From: an uncultured Planctomycetales bacterium
Lineage (GTDB): Bacteria; Omnitrophota; Gorgyraeia; Zapsychrales; Zapsychraceae
Reading direction: 5' to 3'
Length of the DNA stretch: 64,000 nucleotides
NCBI GenBank assembly: GCA_964535935.1
Contig: CAZHWM010000012.1
Location: 1,232 to 65,231 of the forward strand
In this document: positions 49,843 through 57,075 of the stretch, in pieces
How positions within the stretch are numbered: position 1 is the first letter of the stretch
How the letters are laid out: each line of letters starts with the position of its first letter
The notes under the pieces: model-generated
Seen by the model: only the letters and a program-made list of their open reading frames with translations
Databases searched by the model: none
What the model was told of the DNA's origin: nothing
Made by a program: the position numbers and the translations under genes

Positions 49843-51564
49843 ATGAAAAGAAAAATTTTAAAGATTATAGTTTCCTCTTTTATCGCTGTATTGATTATAG
49901 GAAATATATTTTCTATCCCTTTATCCATGGCACAGGATAGTAAAAATAATACTATTTGTGGGGTTTATATTAGTGGAGCAGGGTGCCATAATTGTGCGGT
50001 TACGGATCCAATATTATTTCAAGACTTTACAAGGCGGTTTCCTAATCTAGTGCTGATAGAATATGAGATTTATAAAGCTGCAAAAGAGAATAGAGAGGCT
50101 AAAACAGAATATTTTTCTTCCTATCTTGGTGGCAGAGGAGGTGTCCCTTTTTTAATTTTTAATAAAGAACATACTTTTTTAGGACGGTTAAATGTGCCTA
50201 CGGCAGGCAATTGGATCGCAACCATATCTCGAAATCCTTGTCCTATGGCTAATGGAAGTTCTGTTGCATTTGAAGATATTGATATTTCCTCTTTACCCGG
50301 GAAAATAAATATATGGACAAAAAATAGGGTGTTAATTAAGGAAGGTGGAAATATCAGGAATAATAAAATATTAAAGAAGATTATTCTTGCCAAGGATGTA
50401 ACAGAGGTTTTAAAAAAAGTAAAACATCGTGTAGTGGCTCCCGTGCCCGTAGAGATCTCTCTTGCAGAAATAAATTTTGATCACGCTGCTATTATTGACG
50501 GATGGCGACTACAATGGAACGATGATTCTACTAATAAAAAAACATCTGTAGTGGCCTCTGTGAAAAAGACTAATAGTCGAAGACATTCCTATAAACCCAG
50601 TCATAAACTCAATACAAATATGCTTATTAGTATCTTGTTAGGTTGTATAGGTATATTATTAATTCTTGGGGCGTTTATAAGGGTAAAAAAAGTGGAAGAG
50701 GGTTTGTTAATTTGCATCAGATTTGATAAAACAAGCAAAGATTTTCTAATAGCAGGAATATCTTCTCTATTATTGATGGCATTTTTTATGTTAGCGCCAA
50801 CGATATCTCCTGATGCACTTGCTAGGGCAGGATATAGAATGCCTTTACCTTTATTTACTTTCTTTATTGCATTAATAGATGGGTTTAATCCATGTAATAT
50901 ATTTGTGTTGATATGTTTGTTGTCGGTTATTATAGCTACTTCTGAATCTAGGATGCGGCTTTATACCGTTGCTTTTAGCTTTGTATTTATGGTCTATATT
51001 ATATATTTTCTTTTCATGGCAGCATGGTTGAAGGTATTTCAATTGATGAATTTTGTAACCCCTTTACGTATCGGGATAGCTTTTATAGCTCTTGTTGCTG
51101 GACTCATAAATTGTAAAGAACTTCTTTTCTTTAGAAAGGGGATTACGCTTACAATTCAGGACAAACATAAAGGGCCTTTATTGAAGAGAATAACTGCAAT
51201 GAGATCAGTTATTGAGAAAGGTTCATATCCTGTATTAATATTATCTTCAATTGGTTTGGCAACTTTAGCTTCATTGGTAGAGCTTCCATGTACGGCAGGA
51301 TTTCCTATTATATTCACCGGAATATTGTCTGCCAAATCCTTAGATAATACATGGTTTTATTATTTATATATTGCTTTTTATAATATAATATATGTGATGC
51401 CTTTGATGGTTATTGTGGCTATATTTATTTATACTTTTCGGACGCATCAGATTACAGAACGGCAGGTTCAGATTATAAAATTTATCGGTGGCTTGATAAT
51501 GATATTATTGGGAATAATATTATTAGTGAATCCAGCATTGATAGGGATACCTGTAATTCGATAA
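49843..51564 (+). CDS. Fusion of a periplasmic thioredoxin-fold CxxC domain with a DsbD/CcdA-like polytopic membrane domain
   Basis: Signal peptide, GVYISGAGCHNCAV (CxxC) and a cis-Pro-like GGVPFLIF. Then about 7-8 TM helices with intramembrane Cys motifs LIDGFNPCNIFVL and LVELPCTAGFPI. Confidence 0.5.
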   Translation: MKRKILKIIVSSFIAVLIIGNIFSIPLSMAQDSKNNTICGVYISGAGCHNCAVTDPILFQDFTRRFPNLVLIEYEIYKAAKENREAKTEYFSSYLGGRGGVPFLIFNKEHTFLGRLNVPTAGNWIATISRNPCPMANGSSVAFEDIDISSLPGKINIWTKNRVLIKEGGNIRNNKILKKIILAKDVTEVLKKVKHRVVAPVPVEISLAEINFDHAAIIDGWRLQWNDDSTNKKTSVVASVKKTNSRRHSYKPSHKLNTNMLISILLGCIGILLILGAFIRVKKVEEGLLICIRFDKTSKDFLIAGISSLLLMAFFMLAPTISPDALARAGYRMPLPLFTFFIALIDGFNPCNIFVLICLLSVIIATSESRMRLYTVAFSFVFMVYIIYFLFMAAWLKVFQLMNFVTPLRIGIAFIALVAGLINCKELLFFRKGITLTIQDKHKGPLLKRITAMRSVIEKGSYPVLILSSIGLATLASLVELPCTAGFPIIFTGILSAKSLDNTWFYYLYIAFYNIIYVMPLMVIVAIFIYTFRTHQITERQVQIIKFIGGLIMILLGIILLVNPALIGIPVIR

Positions 51565-51624
51565 TATTTTTTATTGTATTCTTTGATTTTCTAGTTTTAT
51601 ATGGTAAGTTGTTAGCCATATTTT

Positions 51625-51698
51625 GCGCTCGTAGCTTAATTGGATAGAGCATCTGTCTACGGAACAGAAGGTTGGAGGTTCGAGTCCTCCCGAGCGCG
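51625..51698 (+). tRNA. tRNA-Arg (anticodon ACG)
   Basis: Hand-folded cloverleaf: acceptor GCGCTCG/CGAGCGC, D stem GCTT/GAGC, anticodon stem TCTGT/ACAGA with loop CTACGGA, T arm GGAGG-TTCGAGT-CCTCC. CCA is not encoded and a T-run follows. Confidence 0.9.
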
Positions 51699-51752
51699 TT
51701 TTTTTTATGTCTATAATTTGATGTGAAATAAAAATATAAGAGAGGTGTTAGG

Positions 51753-52910
51753 TTGGGGGGAAAAAAAATAGAAATAATTGGTAAGTTGCCTGAGAGTTTG
51801 CCAGAGGATGAGCAGAGAGATTTTCTATATAGTTTAATAGATACTATTCCTAAAGAGGTAATGTTGACGGGTGAAGACGGGCGTATTGTATTTGCTAATA
51901 GAGCATGTATTAGAGGAATAGGTCTTAGTAAGGAATATATCTTAGGCAGGCACATAACAGAGGTCTATGATATGAACATGGGCCCTCGTAAATGGAAAAA
52001 AGATGTATTTGATAAACTTAGGGGAAAGAAATATATTATTCGTTATATTTTTAATCGAAATGTTAATAAAAAGAGACACAAAATGATGGAGTTTTGTGCC
52101 TCATATTTTAAATATAAGTGCAGAGAGTATATATTATCTATAGTATGGGAAATTAGTACAAAGATGCAGATAGAGCAAATCAGCAGAGAGTCGGAGAAGA
52201 TGAAGGCACTGCAGCAGTTGATAGCTGGGACTACTCATGAGATACAATATCCTCTAAAGGCATTGCTTGAGAGATTAGATACTCTTGTAAAGAAATACAA
52301 ACATAGAGATTTTGAATATATAGGATATAAAGAGTTTAAGGATATTATAGTTACTCTGGAAAGAATGCGTGATCAGGCAAGATATTGTTTTGATACCACA
52401 GAGAGATTGTTGAGCATTAATAAAAGAAAGCTAGGGATAAAAAATAAGAATTGTCATGTAGTTTCTATTATAAAAGATGTGGTTAATGAGTTAAAACATG
52501 ATCTTGAACTTGCAAACATAAAACTAAAACTTAAGTTAACAGGGGATGTCCCAAGGGTAGGGATAGGTTCGATTGAATTAAAACAAGTTTTGACGAATAT
52601 AATTACAAATTCTCTTCAATCAATGCCTACTACTGGCGGGCAAATATGCCTAAAGGCTAATGCATGTTTAGATAAAGATATGGTATTAGTAGAATGTAAA
52701 GATAATGGTATAGGTATTTCTAAAGAAAATCTACCTCGTGTATTTGAACCATTTTATACTACAAAACAAAGGGGGCTTGATAAGAACTCAGGTCTTGGTT
52801 TATCTATTGTTTATTCCATAATAAAGGCATGTAATGGAGAGATTTCTATTAAGAGTGATCTTAAAAAAGGCACAGTTGTAAGGTTAATGCTGCCTGTATA
52901 TAAAAAGTAA
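51753..52910 (+). CDS. Cytoplasmic PAS-domain sensor histidine kinase
   Basis: PAS (LIDTIPKEVMLTGEDGRIVFAN), H-box AGTTHEIQYPL, N box NIITNSLQS, G boxes DNGIGI and GLGLSIV. TTG start. Confidence 0.85.
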   Translation: MGGKKIEIIGKLPESLPEDEQRDFLYSLIDTIPKEVMLTGEDGRIVFANRACIRGIGLSKEYILGRHITEVYDMNMGPRKWKKDVFDKLRGKKYIIRYIFNRNVNKKRHKMMEFCASYFKYKCREYILSIVWEISTKMQIEQISRESEKMKALQQLIAGTTHEIQYPLKALLERLDTLVKKYKHRDFEYIGYKEFKDIIVTLERMRDQARYCFDTTERLLSINKRKLGIKNKNCHVVSIIKDVVNELKHDLELANIKLKLKLTGDVPRVGIGSIELKQVLTNIITNSLQSMPTTGGQICLKANACLDKDMVLVECKDNGIGISKENLPRVFEPFYTTKQRGLDKNSGLGLSIVYSIIKACNGEISIKSDLKKGTVVRLMLPVYKK

Positions 52911-52944
52911 CTATTGGGGGCTTCAGTCGGATAGGATATTTATT

Positions 52945-53418
52945 ATGTCGGTCTATTCTGATGATAATGAAATGATTGATACTGTATTTATGCGTGAGGC
53001 GTTAAGGCAAGCGGAGATAGCAAGTGATAAGGATGAAGTCCCTGTTGGTGCGGTTATTACATTGGATAATAGGATTATAGCTAAGGCATATAATCAGGTG
53101 GAGTCCTTGAGAGATCCTACTGCGCATGCAGAAATGATAGCCATAACTCAAGCGACAAATACTATTGCAAGCAAATGGCTTTATGATTGTACTATATATG
53201 TTACATTAGAGCCATGTAGTATGTGTGCGGGAGCATTAGTTCTTGCGAGAATAAAACGGATATGTTTTTGTGCAGATGACCCTAAAACAGGAGCATGTGG
53301 GTCAGTGTTTAATATTGTAAATAGTGATAAATTAAACCATAAAATAGAAATAAATAAAATTCCTATGGAGGGTGCAGGGGCACAGTTATTAAGTGAGTTT
53401 TTTAGGAATAAAAGATAA
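52945..53418 (+). CDS. tadA: tRNA adenosine(34) deaminase
   Basis: CDA motifs HAEM and PCSMCAGAL. Confidence 0.9.
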   Translation: MSVYSDDNEMIDTVFMREALRQAEIASDKDEVPVGAVITLDNRIIAKAYNQVESLRDPTAHAEMIAITQATNTIASKWLYDCTIYVTLEPCSMCAGALVLARIKRICFCADDPKTGACGSVFNIVNSDKLNHKIEINKIPMEGAGAQLLSEFFRNKR

Positions 53419-53705
53419 TTATATCCATAAACTGATTTCGTAAGCTACGATTTAAATGTTAAATATTGTTATATTTCCATAAGATTTTTTAGAGTAATAT
53501 TGTGGTTACATGTGTGATTTAACAGGAATAATAAAAAATGTTTATAAATACAGACTATTTTCAATTGTTGATTGATAAAGGGCAGAAAGTTGGTTTCTGA
53601 GATAGAAGTGCTAATTTAGTATATAATATATATTGAGATTTTAGATTTTGCTTGCCAATTAATTTAATGTGGAGTTTTCTGTATTAAACCAATTTTATTT
53701 TTGCC

Positions 53706-53734
53706 TTGACGGGGTGGGTAATAGTCCATATAAT
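53706..53734 (+). promoter_or_regulatory. Sigma-70 type promoter candidate for tRNA-Ser
   Basis: TTGACG, a 17-nt spacer, then TATAAT. It ends 27 nt upstream of the tRNA 5' end. Confidence 0.5.
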
Positions 53735-53760
53735 AACCCATTATATAAATTAATACATTT

Positions 53761-53852
53761 GGAGAGGTGCCGGAGTGGTTGAACGGAGCTGACTGCTAAT
53801 CAGTTGATCTGGGCAACCGGATCCTCGGGTTCGAATCCCGGCCTCTCCGCCA
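53761..53852 (+). tRNA. tRNA-Ser (anticodon GCU), CCA encoded
   Basis: Acceptor GGAGAGG/CCTCTCC, anticodon stem GCTGA/TCAGT with loop CTGCTAA, a long variable arm, T loop TTCGAAT, 3' GCCA. Confidence 0.9.
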
Positions 53853-54232
53853 TTTGCCATTCTAAGGGGGATTTCAAAAAAACATATTAGGTAAGATTCC
53901 TTTTAATATCAGATTTACTTAAATCCTCTCTTCTTAATTCAATGTAACGATGTGGTATCATTTCCAATCCCACCGAGCATAAAGGTTGAAAAAATATAGT
54001 TTTAGTAGTATGATAAATATGAAAGAAATGATATAAGAATGATGTTTCATTCCTGCATACAAAATCTTTGCATTTTGTCACAGATGTGATTTTATATAGA
54101 CATGGCAAAGATGTCATATTATTAGGCCTACGAATAGAGATTGATTTACTATTGCTACTTTTCTTTGAATGTTCTCTTCTTTTTTATGTTCAATAGCGTG
54201 TTAAATTAATTTTTTGTAAGGGAGAACGTTAA

Positions 54233-56194
54233 ATGAGGTTAAAACCTATAGCAGTTATACTTGGCCTGTCGTTTATCTTTGGAATAGCTATAGTAGAAGC
54301 GACCCGTGTACTTGGTTATGATGTGTTGGGTTCTGAGCCCAATTCTGTATACGTATTCTTTATTGGGTGTTTTGGTTTATTTGGCTTGTCTATTTTTTAT
54401 ACACTGGAAGCGGATAGTAGATTAATGAGAGTTTTGTTTTTGAAAGAACAGAGGTTGAGTGATTTGGTCGATGATTTGGATGTTGGTCTTTTTATGTATA
54501 GGATAAAGGATAAAAAGATTGTTAAATGTAATAATTCTTTCGCTAGGTTGTTGGGATATGACGATGTTGACGAATGTATATTGAATGCTTCTATAATTTT
54601 TTCGTCGGACGAGTTTAGAGAAAGTTCTGGTAGGCCCTTTTGTTTTGTTGATAGAAGGATAGTGAAGTTTAAGAGAAAGGATAATTCTGATATATGGTTA
54701 AATTGTTCAGTAAGGGCTGCTAATAAGAAGGGCTATATTGAGGGTATCGCAATTGATATAACTGAAACAAAACGAAAAGAGGAATGGTTAAGAAAGTTAT
54801 CAGCAGCTGTTGATCAGAGTACTTGTTCTATAATTATTACGGATAGAAGGGGTAATATTGAGTATGTAAATAAAAAATTTACAGAAGTTACAGGATATAC
54901 TCTAGAGGATGTGAGCGGAAAAAGCTCAGCAGTATTAGAATATTGTAAGTCTGCTACAGATAATTATAAAGAACTTTTTCGCACTATAAATAAGGGAGAA
55001 GAATGGGTTGGAGAATTACATAGCTGTAAAAAAAATGGTGAACCTTTTTGGGAGTTCGCATCTATATCCCCAATTTGTGATAGTAATGGGAATGTTACTC
55101 ATTTCCTTGCTATAAAAAATGATATAACAGAGACCAAATTAGTACAGGATAAGTTAAAAAAATTACAGGATAATTTACGTGTTGAAAAGATCAAGCTGGA
55201 GAGGGTGTTGGATATAGATCGTAAAATGGGAGAAATTTTGGATATTAATCATTTGGTTGATTTTATTGTGGATAAGTCGACCGAAATCCTTGAGGCTGAA
55301 CGATGTTCTCTTATGCTGGTGGACACGGAATCAAAGGAATTATTAATAAGGGGAGCAAAAGGTATAGATGGGAAAGTTATAAAAGAGGCGCGAATTAAAA
55401 TAGGTGACGGCATATCTGGATTTGTAGCTAAGAATGGTAATCCTTTGCTTGTTAATGATATAAGGACAAGTAGATTTAAAGGAAATACAAAATATGGTAG
55501 TAATTATAAAACGAAGTCATTTATTAGTGTCCCGATAAAGGTCCATAATAAAATAGTAGGAGTGGTAAATATTACGGATAAAAAACCTGATAAGGATGGT
55601 TATACGCGTATATTCAATGAAATCGATCTTAAAATATTATGTACTATTGTTCGACAAGCTTCAATTGCTATTGAGAATGCAAATTTTTATAGAAAATTGG
55701 AATATTTATCAGTAAGAGATGAAATTACAGGAGTTTTTAATCATCGTTTTTTTGTGAGGAGCCTTGATAGAGAAATTGCTCGCGTAAAGCGGTATTCTTG
55801 TCCTCTTTCTCTTATGATGATAGATATAGATGATTTTAAGTCTTATAATGATAAATATGGAGAACAAAAAGGAGATAAGTTGTTAAAAGATATTGCTTAC
55901 ATTCTAAGGAATGTTTCCCGTGACGTAGATATTGTATGTCGTTATGCTGGGGATGAATTTGCTATTATTCTTCCCGAAACTAATATTGCTGATGCAGAAA
56001 AACTTGCTATAAGGATTACTTATGCCTTGGAAACCTCATCTTTCAATGATAGAGTGACAGTTAGTATTGGGTTAATTCAATATTCGAATAATAATGAAAG
56101 CAGAATTGATTTTGTAATGAGAGCAGGGCAGGCTTTAGTTCAAGCTAAGGGAGGTGAGCGAAATAACAGAAATAATGGTCTAGTTTCTTTTTAG
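54233..56194 (+). CDS. Membrane-anchored PAS-PAS-GAF-GGDEF diguanylate cyclase
   Basis: Two N-terminal TM helices, two PAS modules, a coiled coil, a GAF domain (ERCSLMLVD..ISGFVAKNGNPLLVND) and a GGDEF domain. The active-site variant is AGDEF (RYAGDEFAIIL) with an RxxD I-site (RDVD) five residues upstream. Confidence 0.85.
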   Translation: MRLKPIAVILGLSFIFGIAIVEATRVLGYDVLGSEPNSVYVFFIGCFGLFGLSIFYTLEADSRLMRVLFLKEQRLSDLVDDLDVGLFMYRIKDKKIVKCNNSFARLLGYDDVDECILNASIIFSSDEFRESSGRPFCFVDRRIVKFKRKDNSDIWLNCSVRAANKKGYIEGIAIDITETKRKEEWLRKLSAAVDQSTCSIIITDRRGNIEYVNKKFTEVTGYTLEDVSGKSSAVLEYCKSATDNYKELFRTINKGEEWVGELHSCKKNGEPFWEFASISPICDSNGNVTHFLAIKNDITETKLVQDKLKKLQDNLRVEKIKLERVLDIDRKMGEILDINHLVDFIVDKSTEILEAERCSLMLVDTESKELLIRGAKGIDGKVIKEARIKIGDGISGFVAKNGNPLLVNDIRTSRFKGNTKYGSNYKTKSFISVPIKVHNKIVGVVNITDKKPDKDGYTRIFNEIDLKILCTIVRQASIAIENANFYRKLEYLSVRDEITGVFNHRFFVRSLDREIARVKRYSCPLSLMMIDIDDFKSYNDKYGEQKGDKLLKDIAYILRNVSRDVDIVCRYAGDEFAIILPETNIADAEKLAIRITYALETSSFNDRVTVSIGLIQYSNNNESRIDFVMRAGQALVQAKGGERNNRNNGLVSF

Positions 56195-56275
56195 GTTAAT
56201 AAAATGTGTAGTGTAATAAGTTCGTTAGTATTTTTTTTAATAGATATTTCTATGTCTTAGATATTTTCTAAATGT

Positions 56276-56303
56276 TTGACAAAATAGGTATATCCTTTAT
56301 AAT
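56276..56303 (+). promoter_or_regulatory. Sigma-70 type promoter candidate
   Basis: TTGACA, a 16-nt spacer, then TATAAT, 60 nt upstream of the ATG at 56364. Confidence 0.5.
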
Positions 56304-56363
56304 TAAAATGGTTTAAATTTTTTAGTTAAATTAATAATATAAATAAGAGAGATAGGATAAAAT

Positions 56364-57065
56364 ATGCAGAATTTTATTTTCAAAAAGGTATATCTTTCTG
56401 ATAATGATTTAATGTATAAAATATATAAACTTAGATTTCAAGTTTATTGCAAAGAATGCGGTTTTATTAAGGAGGAAGATTACCATGATCAAATAGAATT
56501 TGATGAATACGATGCCAAACAGGCTGTCCATTTTGCTGCATTAAATGAGGATGGAGAACTTGTGGGAACAATGAGAATGATTTTACCCGGAGATCTACCA
56601 CTCCCGATAGAAAAACATTGCCCTGATGTAAAAATTGATAAATACGCTTTTGAAGCAGGCAGAGCAATGGAGATATCCAGATTGGTTATTAGTAAACATC
56701 TTAGACGCAGGAAAGATGATGGAAGATATTACGGGCCTCAGGTTAGGGACAAAGAGGGAACAGGTAAGGATGGAAATCAGTTTGTCCGTAGGGTAAGACC
56801 AATGGCATTCGGTTTATATCGAGAGGTATATAGGGAATGTAAACGGAGAGGTATTACGCATTGGTATGCATTAATGGAGAAGGGATTATGGTTGTTGTTG
56901 CGTATACACGGATTTAATTTTGAACGTATAGGAGATGAAGTTGATGTATATGGTCCTGTTTGTCCATATCTTGGGAGAACAGAGGTATTTGAAAAAGAAA
57001 TAAAAGAAAAATTCCCTGATTTTTTTAATTACTTCACGGAGCCAGATGTAAGTTTCTGTAATTGA
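56364..57065 (+). CDS. N-acyl amino acid synthase (FeeM-like; PEP-CTERM/exosortase-associated acyltransferase type)
   Basis: IYKLRFQVYCKECGFI, HFAALNEDGELVGTMRM, MEISRLVI and GITHWYALME follow the LuxI/FeeM-like GNAT-related pattern. The genomic context has PEP-CTERM-type regulators. Confidence 0.7.
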   Translation: MQNFIFKKVYLSDNDLMYKIYKLRFQVYCKECGFIKEEDYHDQIEFDEYDAKQAVHFAALNEDGELVGTMRMILPGDLPLPIEKHCPDVKIDKYAFEAGRAMEISRLVISKHLRRRKDDGRYYGPQVRDKEGTGKDGNQFVRRVRPMAFGLYREVYRECKRRGITHWYALMEKGLWLLLRIHGFNFERIGDEVDVYGPVCPYLGRTEVFEKEIKEKFPDFFNYFTEPDVSFCN

Positions 57066-57075
57066 TGGGTAATTT

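Noticed and set aside
56364-57065. Interpretation as a LuxI-type acyl-homoserine-lactone synthase (quorum sensing)
   Set aside because: The fold family is shared, but no LuxR-type receptor is nearby. The central basic/Gly-rich insertion and the PEP-CTERM-type context fit the N-acyl amino acid synthase subgroup better. A profile search is still needed to confirm this.
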